From contig ADNK01002546.1 in assembly GCA_000320545.1 (NCBI GenBank), positions 1 to 64,000 of the forward strand: DNA of 64,000 nucleotides, written 5' to 3'. The notes beneath the pieces were generated by a model, which was not told the DNA's origin, made no database searches, and was given only the letters and a program-made list of their open reading frames with translations. The position numbers and the translations under genes were made by a program. The stretch comes from Bigelowiella natans CCMP2755. Its lineage: Eukaryota; Protista; Cercozoa. Below, piece by piece: positions 24,082 to 39,176 of the stretch (position 1 is its first letter; each line of letters opens with the position of its first letter).

Positions 24082-26457
24082 TGTAAACATGCCTTCTACG
24101 GAGCGTAACATTGCAAATGAGTGCTGATTAGATGCTGAATATAAGCAATTGATACATACTCCTTTCATGCTGCATACTGTTTCATATATTATCACCGCAG
24201 GCTCGATTTTCATGTTCTTTCATCACGGGCTGAGGTGAGAAAAGCATAATAGACACGGCAATATATATATATATATATATATATATCATATTGCATGTCT
24301 ATCATAAGCCTGCATCTTAGCAAACATACATAGCCTCTCACGTGCGAGCGTGTGCGCGCATTATTAAGGAAACGAATATTCACCCAGGCATTTCGATACG
24401 TAGATATGTGTGTAGGCATTACGCATAATATTCATAAAAACCGCGATAAACCAGGCTGAGAAGGGACCTTATCACAGTGAAGGAGGTGAGCGCGTACTGC
24501 CGCATATATTGCATGGGGATGGGTAAGATATTCCGCGAAATAACCACCATGATACACTCGCCGCGTAAGTGCGGTTTGGGTAGTCTCACTTGAGTGCGAA
24601 ATCGATGAGATTTGTTTCTCTGCTAAGGAAAGCTTATCGACGATGTGCCGTTTGTGACTGTTTTTTCACGGTATATGCCGATGAATGCCCCCCCCCCCCC
24701 CCCCATCCCCCTTCCCGCCCCGTATTATCAGTCGAAACAATCGTTGAGTCTGGGGAAAACGCTTCTTTTGACAACGACGCAGATGGTAGATGACTGCCTT
24801 ATTCTTCGCGACGAAAACGATAGAGTCGAGGACAGATAGCGAGAAGGGAGAGGGAGGGGGTGGGTACACCTAGAAGCAGCAGGTGCTGCAAAGCTCTATC
24901 CACAACGTTCTTGAATTTCAAAGCAAGAGCGATTTGCCCCTCACTTTTTCACGTGTCTGCGGCCGAAATGCTTCCCATACTAAAGGCATTGACAAGTGCG
25001 ATATTTGCGATGGTGGCTTTTACCTCGGGTGCTACATCGCTCGTAGAAGGGTGAGCCGCTCCATTAGCAAACAACGATGGTTATGGAAGTCGCAAGCTGG
25101 GTGGTTTTATCCCACACTGAAATAATGCGCAATTGTGTTATCGCCAATGCCGTAGGCTCATAATCGGGATCGCCTTTGGAAGCTCTTCCTTGTCTATGGC
25201 GTCGGAGTTTACGAAGCCGTATGCTTTGAATAACATGCCGTTTCCCCCTCAATCGATGATGAGGCGCTTGACTGACAGCTGTAGCTACAGGCGATTGTCG
25301 CTGTTTTTTCCTTTTTAATTTTATCTGCGCGAAAAGCTCTCAGCGAGATTGCGTTCATGGAGACTAATGCGTCTTTTTTTCAATAGGCTGCAGACAGCCA
25401 AGCGTCATTATGTGAGAGAGATTCTGATCTCCACCCTCGCTACATCTCTGGGTAGGGTTAGTTATAAATTTTCCAACAATTTTGAACCCCGTGATGACAC
25501 TGTATTTCAGTGTGCGCGCGCGCGCGCACACTGAGTGTGCTTGCCTGTGTCGAGGCTTGTGAACAAGTCGGATTGCTGGTTGATCGGTAGCCTGACGTTC
25601 GCTCACGAAACATTGCTTTTGGACACATATTTAGCCGTTGCGAGCGACGGGGTTCTGTCCATATTGCTCTCTTTCCCAACCCAGCTGAATGCTGCTCTAC
25701 ACTCGATTGTACGTTCTAGCATAGGCTGTTTTTCTCGCTGTTGCTACCTCAGCGCGATGCGCGGTGGTTCTTCTAGATTTAGAATCGTTTCGGTAGATTT
25801 GTCGGTCTTCATTGCGTATTGGGCGTCGTGCGAATGTTGGTCATCACGTCGTGATTCGGCGACTCGTAGAACCCCACGCCTTCATACATGTTGGGTACAT
25901 AGCTGCTGCTGCGTATTGGCACTGCATGTAGAGTCAGATCACGCTATGGTTTTGATCCCGATTTGCCTTTTTCAAAGGTGGGATTTGGCACGGCGCTCGC
26001 CGCCGCGACAAGTATAGAGGTAACAGCTGCGAGCGAAGCGGCGATGATTTGACACCGTAGATACGCCAGCTGCGAGCGAAGCGGCGATGATTTGACACCG
26101 TAGATACGCCAGTGTGTACTGAAAAAGCTGTAAGTCTATTAGAGCAAAGTCGTTCATTGTTTTTGTTGTGTTAGAATAGTATCGTACAACATAAAAGCCA
26201 GCTGAAATTCTAGTTTATAGTGCATTTTACTACAATTGCTATTTGTAACCTAATCCACCCTTCCCCCCCCCCCCCCCCCTCCCCTTTCGTCTATCCTTTA
26301 TGTGTATTTAGCACTTTCGAATCTTTAGATTCCTCCCTTTCATCACGAAGCTTCCACCGAGCGGAGTCAAAGCAATCAATGATGCGGTGAATATCGAAGC
26401 TGCCATCGGTGGGCTCTTTTTTTGCACAGACAAACACACACATACACACACACAGAA

Positions 26458-26522
<65 letters not shown>

Positions 26523-27454
26523 AAGAGCGAGAGAGAGAGAAAAAGAGAGAGAGAGAGTAAAATGTTGATTTGCATCATTTCGAGGAAGATTTCAAAATTT
26601 TAAAATGAATGATATCATCTGCATTTCTATTATGCCTGCTTACACTTCAGATTATAAGCGAAAAGCCCTTGATGAACCAAGCGCTAAGACATCAAGAACT
26701 TATAGTAGCGGGGGGGGGCTGGAGATTTTGGTGGATACCCGCTGTTTTTTGCGTCGCATGTGTTTGCATCGGTCATTTCCTTTCAAGGCAAATTCTGAGA
26801 TTGATATCTGTTGTAGTTGAACCACGCATAAACGTCTATATACATCGATTGGAATAGGTCGTGGTGAGTAAACGTGTTTTGATTACGTTGTCTTTGCGCA
26901 GGTTCCCATTGCAATTTGCCTCGCGTCGTCATTTACCACACGTGTTATCCTCGGGTTCTAAACACTATAAATATATATATATATATATATATATAATATT
27001 GATATATGTTTTATCGATATCGATATGTGTGTGTGTGTGTGTGTGTGTATGCGCGCGCGCGCGCGTATGGAGAGAGAGAGTGGGACTACCCATATTTAGT
27101 TGTCTTTGCGGGCAATCACCAGCATTGCGGAATGAGCGTGTATTCTGGTAAAACCACGAATGTGATAACTCTTGTTGATTCAGGCTGTCGTTGGAAATCG
27201 GCGCGTTTATTGCGGGGGTACTAGTTGCCAAGTAAGTGTCGATAAATCTTAAGAATTAATACCGCACGGCGGGTCGCAATTTCAGCGAGCACTTGGCGAG
27301 TTGATTCTCCGCATAAACTATTACCCGTTTGAGAGTGGCTTGAGAAGAAAACCGATTTTGTGCATCTAAAGTATACCGAATATAATAAAAAATATTATGT
27401 ATATTATTGAATTTCTGTTTCTGAACAGTATATAAATATACATTAATATATATG

Positions 27455-27494
<40 letters not shown>

Positions 27495-27722
27495 AATAGT
27501 TGCATATGTGGGAAAACCGCGTTGAAGTGCAATCCTGTGTGTGCGTGTCCTTCTCCGTCGTTTTTGTAGGCACATTAGCGTCGATATGGGAACCCTGCGG
27601 ACGGTGTTTGGGGGCGTGTTATTCGCTTCGATTGGGACTATTGTAAATCCAAGGTAAGTGCTGCTGCTGTCTTGCTAGAAGCGCAATATTATACACCGTA
27701 ATCTATAATATGTATAATATCA

Positions 27723-27753
<31 letters not shown>

Positions 27754-28773
27754 TATTCATATACATTGCACACAAGATGTATTCGACTCTGCATTTTTCT
27801 CATCTCGCGACTGTGTGGAGCTGCCCTGCCCGTGCCCGACTAGTTGATGATGCTCTCTCCGGCTCTTTCTTAGATTTTTGCTGGCAAATAGCCACCTGGT
27901 TTTCTTGGCCTTGGTCGCGGTGTACTCGCTCAAGGTACGGAGTTGAGAGGAGAGAACGCGCCCTTGATGCCGACATATGTTCGTTTTTCCTCCTTTCTTC
28001 TTGCTCTTGCTTCGCTAGTTTACACCGTGTTGATCTACAATGCAAGATTTCTAACTTGGCTTTTACCTTGTCGAAAACGCCGATGCATGATTCCTTGACC
28101 GTGTGGGGATTGCAATAGCTCTTGAGCGGCTGCGTGGTACTTGGCATTTGCCGGGCAACGGTAGGAAGCACACACACTCACTCGCGCGCATACAACTTTG
28201 GACGACGAAGGGGGCATTTGATTTCAATATGTAGTTTATGAAAGTTTCGCGATATATTCCTACTTCGCAGCGCGCAAATGTTTTGAATAGTATTTGTTTC
28301 CTAACGCACCATCGCTTGTTGTTTTCAAAGTGAGAGGTTCCTCGGTGCTGCCGTTGTATTGGTATCTAGACTGTTCTAAAGGCGAAATCCCCGCCACCGG
28401 CCTTGGCGTCAAGCAGTTTCGGAGGAGCATCGTATAGCATTTTTCAAAGGCACACGGTGTACTTATCATCCGTTTTAACAGGTTTCAACTTATTGTTCGT
28501 CAAACACTTCAAAACGCGAACTTACGTGATATGCGCGCCTTCTAAACCACTGTGCGTAGAAGGAGTCTTAGATATGCAATATTCGGGTAGGTATTGGGGA
28601 ACTATCGCTGGTGTTTCTAGGCCAGGTTGCTGATGAAAGAATCAAGAAAAGACGCTGTTTTTAATTGAGCTATAGCATAGATTCATAAATACTCAATAGC
28701 TGATATTCGATGCCAACATTTGTGTGTTTGCGCCGTTGTACGCGTCTTTCGTAGGCCCAAGCTGCAAGACTAA
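18956..28773 (+). CDS. CPA2-family cation/H+ antiporter (KEA4-6/TMCO3-like) with signal peptide and N-terminal coiled coil
   Basis: Exons YILGGVVVGPSGLN (~23653), MAELRTLQTLASIG, LSLEIGAFIAGVLVA (27184-27231) and GTLRTVFGGVLFASIGTIVNP (27570-27653) match CPA2 signature segments. The N-terminus MPLGRFVSWALLL|VYLL is hydrophobic, and EEEDANREISKLLRK is a coiled-coil exon. The 3' end is approximate. Confidence 0.82.
26024..26112 (+). repeat. 43-bp perfect tandem duplication (intronic)
   Basis: CAGCTGCGAGCGAAGCGGCGATGATTTGACACCGTAGATACGC x2 plus CAG. Confidence 0.95.
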
Positions 28774-30121
28774 TCTCTCGACGCAAGTGCGGTGTTTGAT
28801 TGCGAAAGCAATCACATTTCAAAATCCATGCTGAGCACACTGATGGGCTTGTTCGTTAGAAAATATGCAATGTGTTAGCTCCCGGTGCATTTCCGGGTTC
28901 CTTTTCATGCATGATTGCATGCTGACGTATGAACGCACACAGCGTCACCTTTGTCATAACACCTTTGGACGATTATATATGGTCTTGTCGTTGTTCTCAG
29001 CTATCTGCTCTGCGTGGGGGTTGTTGTCGTGTCAAGTTTGTGCTTTCCGTTCCTTCACGTGCGACTGATGCAATCAAATCTCGACGGGATGGAGAGAGCT
29101 TGACACGCCATCCACTAGAATAGCAATGGTGTCCATCTGGTATTAGTGTGTATTCTTGCATGCTGGTATCACATAAGCCTTCAATACTGCCTCACAACAC
29201 GAAGGTTGTGTTTTCCTTTTTGTGGGACACTGCGTTGTCAATTTTTAGCAGCCTTAGCTGGCATTGTGCAAGTCGCAGAACATGCATTCTACTAGTCTAC
29301 GTGGCTTGCAAGACAAGCGCTTTGAAGACAATTCAGGAGTGTGATTGTGGGAAGGATGATTTTGCCCTCACGTGCAACTTTGATTGGTGCGTTGTTCGCG
29401 CCCATGAGCGACACGACCACTTTGATAATTTCAACAAGTGACTGCGCAACAAGATGCAATTCTGGAATTGTCTAGTCTAGTATAGTAGGTGAGTGGGACT
29501 CATTGCAATGAAAAGATGCAATGCTAGAATGTTTTCATTGAGATTTTGACTTGGATCGTCGATGTGCTGCACTAATGAAAAAACGCAAGTCTAGCAAGCT
29601 AAAAGGATGCGCGCTAAAAAGCCGCCATGCTAGCACGAGTGTTCTGTGCATCTACATTCAATCTGCATTTAGCACATGCACAACAAATAACCTTAGTCAT
29701 CATGCTAGCCTAGTAGCATGCATGCGCGCGCGCTCCCGACGAAATCTTCATTTTCTAAATGTACGCCAAGACACGTTTGAAATCTTGGCAAATGAAACGA
29801 CAGTAGGACAGCGCACATGCTAGCATACATGTGCATGTAGCTTGTGCATTTGCGCATGTAGCTGATGCATTGCATGTGCAAAAGCGCGCACCGCTGTAGA
29901 AATGTGGAAATTGGCACATACACAACCAAAAAAACAACAATTTAATGATTGTACCAAAACCAATAACATAATGCTGTATTCCGTAGATAGCAATTAGGTT
30001 GTGTATTATGATGGCCACGCACCACTTCACGCACTAAACACTGTGATTCATCTCATTGCAGACAAAAGGCAACTAAGTTAGCGTGACAGCACTCTTCTGA
30101 CGCTCCTTTCCATCAGATATA

Positions 30122-33100
30122 TTAAGATGCGCTTGTGGATTTTGGATGGAGTTTACATTTTCTAGTCCCTGTTTTTAATTCATTTGGACACCATGCCTCC
30201 TCTCCGGTAGTTGTTATATCTTCAATAATTTGTCAAAAACATCACACATTCTCTTATTATTTTTGCATCAAAAGACGAAACTCGCAAAGAAGTTATCACA
30301 TTCCGCGACCGTTTTACTATTTCCCTTGTTTTTATGATTCGTCCAGATTATGAGATGATGAGATGTTATAAAATTGGAATATGATGTATAATAGAGAGCA
30401 TTAATACCCAATTTTCTGCCGCCTATTTGCGATGCATTCATCTAAAGCAATCTTGAATTCGTCCTTATCGGCCTTTGCACATCCAACAACAGCAAATCTC
30501 AGTTTTTCCTTCAAGGAGTGGTAAAAAAGAGGTATGAGCGGCTCAATACTTGTCATTCAAATTAAGGAAATCCCACTCTTCCTTCTCTCGACATTTCCCA
30601 TAAGAACAATCATTATTAGGATGTATGAATAATAATACAAAAAACTCTCACATATATCGAAATGCCGGCTACCTTGCTTCGGAAGTGTACCATCATGTTG
30701 CGTGCTTGGGAGGCAATGTAGAGCGGATGGTCATCAGGCCTGAAGATGTGGTTGATCGCACTGTGAAATCGATAGCTCAGAGTGTCGCAGTCTTCATTAT
30801 ATTCAAGGTTGAGCCTCTTATAGAGTGCGATTATGCAGCCGATTGATGAGGGTGAGAAGAAATCGGATTTGTGCATTTAGATTGACGGTTGTGGAAACGG
30901 TTATAACGTATAAGGGGGTTGGTGTTAAAGGTGTTAGTAGTAATTCTACAACCCTGAAGGCCTCACATCATCTTCCACACGAAACAAACCGTTGATTTTC
31001 AGTGGATGCCGCAAACTGAGACATTCGTGCAAAGTAACTTTGAGCATAGATCTTGACTATATGTCATATTATCTTTCGTTTATATGCGCGTGCGTTTGCT
31101 TGTGTGATTGTTCCGACTACTTCAAAGACCAATTCATGAAAGGTAATCCTCATCATATACATGCCCACCTGAGCTTCCGTGAAAAGTTATTTTTGGCGCC
31201 ATACACGAGCATATCGGAGAAGAGAAACAGCTCTCTTGGCACCAAATCTCCGTGCGATGTTGTCTATTGAAAACGGTAAAACTGTCGTTACATCACCATA
31301 AGGTACATGGCGGAAACTGGCATTCAATCCACCTATCGTGTTTACTCTCTGTCTTCCATGCGAAAAAGTCGAATTTAGGAATCATAACCTTTTTCACAGT
31401 CTTCTGTAGAATGAAGCGTCTATGCGGAGCTAGGAGTGTGACCTACGATGCGTGATAAAGGGCCTTTGTAAACGCAGCTGTTCTTAAAAATATGAGTGTT
31501 GCAATGCGCATATTATTTGGACTATCAGCAATCTTTCATACTTAATGTTACACCATATACTTACATGCCACACAATATAACAACGACGATACGAACAGCA
31601 TGAAAGTGCACGCAGGTAGGAGGAGAAAGTACTACATTTCCAGTGAAGAGAGACTGAATAGCAAGGATCTTCTTGACTTCATCGCCCTCCCTATGGCAAA
31701 GAAATATTCCTATCAACTTCAAAATTGGAATGGAGCAAGGCTTGATCTTTGATGAAGGAAGTGTGAAAAGACAAGAAAAACTGCAAATAAGGCTGTAGTG
31801 CGTGTATTGATTGTCGCATTGTCTCGGAATCTAGGAAAAATATTTTCTTCAGTATTCGTATGTGACATGTTTATCTTCTGACTTCTTATAAATTCCCTCT
31901 CCCTCCCTCTTTTCATGCAACTGGTTCTTCCTCAACATCAGTGATTGTGATCGCGGAAATCCCTGTGCACGTCGTCGAGCACTAGTATGATAGTCGAAGC
32001 AGCGTTCGAAATTATGATTAAGTTGTTAATACCCCATTGCGTGGTTGATGTGCCTGGTAATGTCCGTTATCAGACGGAAGGAAACTGATAAATCCTACCG
32101 TGATATTCAAAAATAAAATCGACATAGATTAATACATTTGATAGCTCGAGCTGGCACGAATCTATCGACATGGATTAGTGGATAGGCGTGTATATATGAA
32201 TGAAAAATAAGACTTGAATGAAGTGTGTGTGCGTGAAACAGCTGGACACAAAGATCATATGAAGGTATGGGGCTAATAGTGTGTAGTACCTCTCTAGTTG
32301 TAAACTCTAAAGGAGGCGTACTTGCGATAATATTCTCCAGTAACAACTTGTAGCTATTCATCATATACAGAACAAAGCACAAGTGAAACATTGGTACTAA
32401 CACATAGAGCAAAATGCCTCTTCAAAGTTTCGCCTTAGGCTATTCTAAATACCATATTTATATTCTCTTTTATACCGGCAAATTCTTTGAATCGGTAGAA
32501 TGAGGAGAGATTGTATGGTGTTCTTAATCAGGCTCTCATGGCGCTTAACTGCTTTACGAAAGCAACGCTTCTCTTTTCTGTATACAATTACAAATCATAC
32601 GCATACAATGGCCAAAAACAATACCACAGTTAAAACAAGGCAACTACAATGCGTCTAGGTTTTTAGATTACAAAAGAAGCTTTTATTTTAGTGATAGATG
32701 CAAAAACTATTGCTCTTTTTCGATTCTATGTTTCTCAATCCCATATAACGCAGAGAATGTGTTAAACGTTAAATTATCGAACTTGAGTTTTTCTAGCGCC
32801 TTCAACGCCGAATCGTGATTTTGTATATAGCTCTTGTACATCTTGAAGAACCTTGTCAGGAAAACCGAGAGGAGGCAAAAACAAATGCAAAATGGAATGA
32901 GGGCAAGTTGGCAGAGAGAAGTTTATCTTAGAGTAAACTTTCACATGCTTATGGCACTTGTATTTGTTATTACTGAGCCATCTGCTTGAATGTATAGCAC
33001 ACGTCTCGGGACGAAAGAAGGATGTCGAGAAATTTCTAATTTATTACAAATTAATAAAACGACGATGGATTAGGAAGATGCTAAGTATTGTCGAAATGAA

Positions 33101-36098
33101 AAGTGTGGTGTTATGATCGTCAAATTGTAAGTCAAAAGGATAATTCCTTTGTAAGTTATTTGGGGGCTGTTACTCTACCATTCCCATATATATAAATATA
33201 TGTACATATATAGTATACGCTACAAGCACCTAACGTTTACTAATATATATTGAACACCTTATTGAGACCCAGAATCGGTTGAAGATATGTGAAAAGAGGG
33301 ATATTTTTCGTGAAATCTGCAACAGCGCTGTCCGTGGCGAAATGGTGAAGATGCTCTAACCTATCGGACGGATAGTTACGTTACTAGCAAGCTATTAAAC
33401 TGATTTTAACATGTGTAGACATTCAGATATGCATTCACCCCTTGATGTAGGTCTTTTCCGTACGAATAAGCTCGGATATCTCATTTGACGTCTGAAATCC
33501 CAAATTACAAGTAATGCGCGTTACCAAAATCAAACACACCGTTCTGAAAAGCACAGCAAGACAACTATTCTTGTTGTGATACTCATTACATATTGTTTAT
33601 ACATAACAGTTGAGCACGAACCTCTGCAACGTCATGTCGTGGCGTTTCTTGTGGAGTAAGAAGTTCTAGCATAACCTGCATATTGTTAGCAACATCAGTG
33701 TATACGCACCGCTTTATACGACAGTATATATAGTATCATATATATATTTCACAAGGAATTTGGAATGGAAGCTTACATTCGTAGGGTTATTAGCTGAATC
33801 GGAGTCCTACGTTTATTATATGAAATGTATTGATGTATTCAACACAAAAATATTTGAGTATAGAAGCAGGCCGATACAGACATCCCTCTCTCTCTCTTTC
33901 CATGTGTGTATGCGTGCGAATGTATATGTAAGTACTTATATAATATATTTAATATATTATAGTATCACATTTTCATTTAGATTTCCATTTCAAATGAAGT
34001 GTTGATAATGTATATCATGTATATCATTTCAAATGAGGATGGATATACCGAAGCGCAAGGGGCGTCTGCAACCCACCAAGACATATCTTTATCAATATTC
34101 ACGTTAAATATCAAATATCATCTTTCATGATGTTATCCAGATTGATAACGCTAATAAGTATTTGTATTCTCGACTAAACTAATATACAAAACCATAAACA
34201 CACACAAACACACACACACACACACACACACATACACTCTATACTCTCATACATGTTTATTAGAACGGATAGCATTCAGCCATAATCCTTCGATTTCACA
34301 CATACATTTACGTGGATGGCATTTATCCAATTAACCTCTATCTAAGGTTCATCGGGGAAAACGTACATCAACATTTTTATGTATATCAAACTGATTTTCC
34401 ACTTATTACCAGTCCAAAGAGACGAATTGCTGGTGGAGGCAGTGCCTATTCGCAACATATAATATAGTCAAGATAAATATTGCTAATCAAATGACAAGAG
34501 AACGGTTAGCATCATATTACTACAATAAGTAGATATTGACTCATTATACAAAATGTTATGAAATTATTAAAAAAAACCTTCTGATAAGTGTTGTTATATT
34601 ACTATTCTTAATGTAAACGATATTTTGTAGTTTATATTACTATTGCGGGATGGCGTTGGCGGTAGATCATCGCCCTTTTTATCTGGTCGTAGATTAATAT
34701 TTGCAGAACTATTACCACCCGATTCTCCTAAATCCAGAACAAACGCTTTTAAAATGTATATTAAACCTTTGCAAGATCGTCACTTCTACCTCTTAAATAA
34801 TCGGAGTGGTATTCATCAATCAACTCTCTGCTTTGTCTCTTCTCCTTTCCTCTATATCCTTGTTGCTTCTCGGATTGATTATCGACTTTAGTTGGTGGGA
34901 AGAAAGTGATATCGATATTTTCTTGCTTGTGTAGGGGCACTGTTGCCGGTTGGTCAATAGCACTTGCTCCTTGCATAAAGTCGATAATATCAATAGAGCA
35001 GTCTCCTGCGACACTGCGCCAGCTATTTATTCTAGATATTGATGCTGGGGATGAGGTAAATGACGAAGAATTATTTATTGGGACAGCAGCAAAACTCTTC
35101 GGTGCTGCCTTTTGTTTACTAAATTGAAGGGGTGGGATTTTAGACCGACTAGAACTAGACGAAGAGGGAGTAAGGCGTCTCCGACTGGTGTGATCTTTCA
35201 AAACCTGTATAAATATATGAATTTGCAAGACATTAACTTTGAGCCTAATTTTACTCTAATAGTTATACAGCGTATGCATAAGCGTCCTCTTCTCACCGTC
35301 TGTCGTAAGCCCCTTTGAAGCGTAAGCTTTGAAAATGCATCAACAGGAGTAGACGTACATGCTGCAACTGTATGTGGTTGACGAACCGCACCATCAGGAA
35401 GTAAGGGGCAAATAGGTTTTCTTTGGAGATACGGTTGCTTCTTTTGGCGTCTTATCAACGACGTATCCCTAATTGGACGAATCGTACTTTTGGAACTGAG
35501 TTTCAGCTCTAATTCTTCCATAATAGCTCGTCTTTCCTTTTGTTTCGGGTTATTTAGCTTAGTGGAGGCCGCATCTGGCTTTATAGTAGCAGTATATTTA
35601 GCAGAACGAAGCCTCTCAGGTACTGAAATTATTGTTTCCGGGGCACTTTTTCTGTGCAATTTCACAAGTTTCCTTGCAGGTCTTCTAAGAGAGGATGGAG
35701 GATCTGGGAGACTTACTCGACGAGCTCCGTTCACCCCTTGTCTTGGAATAGCTCCATCGATTTTTCGTGCTTTTGTTTCGACATTCCTGAATTGCTGCTG
35801 AAGAAAAGGATTCGGTCCTAGCTCGAGATACGAAAACGAGTTGGGTCTATCCTTTCCCTTGCTTCCTCTATTTAATGAATAAACGTCTGAAATATCCGCG
35901 CCCAAGCTTTCGTTGGACATTGTAACGATCGGCAAGGATCTGACGAAAGGAATAGTAGCAAAATAGAATAAAGAAAATGTTCATTTTGAGTAAGGGAAAC
36001 TTAAATGCACAGTTGATAGAATGGGAAGCTGATAAGTTGACTCTTTGAGCATCATGTTGAAATGGTTGAGATAGATAGTTTTTGACATCTTTCCCCAT
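30122..36098 (-). CDS. Dbl-family Rho guanine-nucleotide exchange factor (DH-PH) with long disordered N-terminus
   Basis: Spliced DH motifs ISELIRTEKTYIKG (~33439-33491), FFKMYKSYIQNHDSALKAL (~32790-32850), SLLILPIQRICR|YKLLLENIIASTP (~32477-32577, ~32290-32353) and ITRHINHAM. PH motifs are RFILQKTVKK and PRELFLFSDMLVY (~31170-31265). There is a large N-terminal exon at 35320-35940. Ends are approximate. Confidence 0.87.
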
Positions 36099-37090
36099 AT
36101 TTCCCAACCTCTATGTTTTAGGTACCTATATCTCTCGTGTATACTAAACGATCCGACGCAAGCCTTAGCTCACGTTAAGCTGGGGGGGAGGAGTCGAAGC
36201 TAACTTGCAGAAATTGTGACACCGGAAGTTTCCGAGTTTCGTAATGTGAGAATGCAGGCAAATATCTAAAATGCTGGACAGAAAGTATTTACGACAACGT
36301 ATTAATACGCAGTAAAAGCATAATTTTAGCGGGATTTCATTTATTCAGGACACCGATATCACTTACGCTAAAGTTATGTCGGAATACCAGCAAAACGAAG
36401 TCAAAGGATGTTTCCAAAGAACAGCAGTAGTTTTTTCTTGTCGCCTAGTCATAGTGGATTGGCACGCGCAGTCGTTGGTTGGCCCTTCACAAGTCAGATG
36501 GAATTTGGACCTAATAGCTTCATTTACGGAAAGAATGTGCAAAAATTTCTTTGAATTTTTATAATTTGACCGTAGATTATCAGCTTCCTTATAAAAATAG
36601 TAAGCATATGTCATATCTTTTTGAACTACTGTAAGGACTTATGCTACCGATAGTTTGACGGTTTGCTCTTCTGACATTTTTCAACAATTATATCTTTGAT
36701 GTCGCAGACCTGAATTCCAACGTATTTTGAAGACTAAATCAGATTGAGAATTTGGCTAGAAATTGAACCAGAACATACCAAAATAAACTACAAAGGGTCG
36801 AAATCAGAGAGTTAGAACTAGGGCCGACGAAATATTTTCGAATTATTTATTAATCGGTCAATGCACAGCGTCAACTGCCTTAGTCTCCTAGAAAAGTGCG
36901 TGTAGCTCCGTTCGCAGCATTCCGAAAAACATCTAAAATATTTGTTCTAAATTTACTATTTAACGATCAAACATTACATACCGTATATTTCTTAATTTTT
37001 TTTCCTAAAACCATCTCCCGGAACTGCCATTCCCACAAGTCTTCCGATGCGGCGGGGGGGGGCATAGCAAAGCCGAGTCTACTCTTACCA
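36099..37090. promoter_or_regulatory. Divergent intergenic region, putative bidirectional promoter
   Basis: Between inferred starts of the RhoGEF (-) and the unknown gene (+); AT-rich, microsatellite-free. Confidence 0.4.
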
Positions 37091-38180
37091 ATGAACAGGG
37101 ACATGCGGCGAAAGTCCCTGCTTCCTTGTGCGAGGGTGTCTCGTCGCGGATTCGTGGTGCTGGCCTCCACAGTTCTGGCCATTGTGCACCTTCTACACGC
37201 GCAAATGGTATTTGTGCTTTAGGCGGGATTGCCTTGATGATGTGCTTTTCTAAACTTTTGCGTTATAAAAATCATACGCAGAGTGACACTGGGCTGGTTG
37301 ACTATGAAGGGAACTCCTTTTTGTTTCCGAGCCGATTGAATCCTACTTCTGGCGGCGTGGAGAACTACAACATGCTTAGGGTAGCAAGCTTTGCGAAGAA
37401 CGTGTATGCGTGCGTGCGTGTGTGCGTGTGCTGTCTGCACGTCTATACGTGTATGATGAATTGTCGTTGAATTGCTACAGGCAAATATTGTTTTATCCTA
37501 TATCTATCTTCATTTTGCCGTGATCGTCTTTGCGAGTGCTGCCTGCTTACAATAAGTGAGGCATCTTCTATCCCTCCTCCTTTATTTTGATTATCACGTC
37601 GATTCTCTAGGCAGGTGCAACATCAACGAAGCATCCCTCTCATCCTGCGGTGATATCAACCGAACATTAGCATCGTATTTTGCAATGAGCTGAAACAGCC
37701 ATAAAGAAACGAAGAAGACTAAAAAATATATACCAAATCGTCGTTTTTCATGCTTTAGAATAGCGGAGTTATTCCTGGCTTTATTATCTTTCTACTGCCA
37801 AACAACCTAAGGCCCAACCTGTTATCAACCGAAGTGGAAGTGGGTCAAAGTCAATGAAATCGGTAAGTCGGCCAGCTGTATACACGCAAGCACAGCACGT
37901 GTAGATATCCAGACCCTGTCGTTAAAATACGAGCAATTGCCACTTTCGCTCCTATATTGCATCAGCCTTTACAATCGCAAATCAACCTATAATGTACTAA
38001 CAGTGTGATGAAATAAGTGTTTTGTTGGCAACTTCTTAGAGAGCACCTCATATCCCAGAACCGCGCGATTCGCAGAGAAGGACAACCTTGAATACCGTGC
38101 CCCGGGAAACTGAGTCAGAATGCACTTGCGTCACCTCAATATTTATTCATACCTGCACTTAATAAATCCCCCTCTTTCTC

Positions 38181-38224
<44 letters not shown>

Positions 38225-38464
38225 CCCCCTCACCTTTTTCTTGTACGTGTGCTCACACGTCGGGCAGGAAGGAGTGTGTCATTGAGCGCTTGGCCTGAAC
38301 GAGATAAGATGCATGTTGTTGTTGGTGGTGGTGGTAATAATACTGCTTTGTTTCATACAGCCGGGGCGCATCGTTTGCTGCCGCAACTGAGGCGAATTGT
38401 AATTCTAACAGGCCGAAAACGCCACTCTCTCTCTCTATTCTTTTGTATATGTCTGCGTGTATGC

Positions 38465-38495
<31 letters not shown>

Positions 38496-38897
38496 TGTGT
38501 GCATATGGTGCACTGCTAAGAGTCCTCCTTCCCATATATTATCTTAGATGAAGATGACGACGATGACGATGACTCTGAGCCTGCCTCTGACTCTACCTGC
38601 CCCCTCTCCTCGTCGGAAAAGGGCATATACAACAGCCTCAAGAACCTCAAGGAGAAAGTAAGTATCATGCGACTAAAGCGTCAGCATAATAACGGGGATT
38701 GTAGACTCGTGTACAATACCATATTCTCTCGTACATGTTTGATTAACGAAGTATTACTCCCCCCCCCGTCGGTTATATGTTGTGGTAAACGCGTGTTTTT
38801 TGTTTTGTACCAGTCCGGAAACGTGAAGAACTTCCAGATGTGCCTTGAGACCCTCAGTAAGTTTCCTCCATCGTAACATAACAGTTGTCACCCATAG

Positions 38898-38937
<40 letters not shown>

Positions 38938-39141
38938 GCTATCTATGATGCGAGATCTGCAGAGGCCATTGTATAGGCCTTTGCGTAATGGCTAGTAGCT
39001 GTAGCATTTGCCGTTGTTTTTAGCAATCTCTCTCATGCATGGTGGCAGTGCAATTGGAGAGGATCGATTTCGAATGATGCTATGTGAAGTTGCCCTTCAG
39101 CTTTCCTGACTATTTTATTGTTCTCTCTCTAATATACATAT

Positions 39142-39176
<35 letters not shown>

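Noticed and set aside
26024-26112. CRISPR-like 43-bp repeat
   Set aside because: Two adjacent copies without a spacer, eukaryotic context, no cas genes.
35868-35940. Kinase-like peptide ILADRYNVQRKLGRGYF
   Set aside because: Stops 7 codons later, overlaps the long RhoGEF exon in another frame, and no other kinase subdomains were found.
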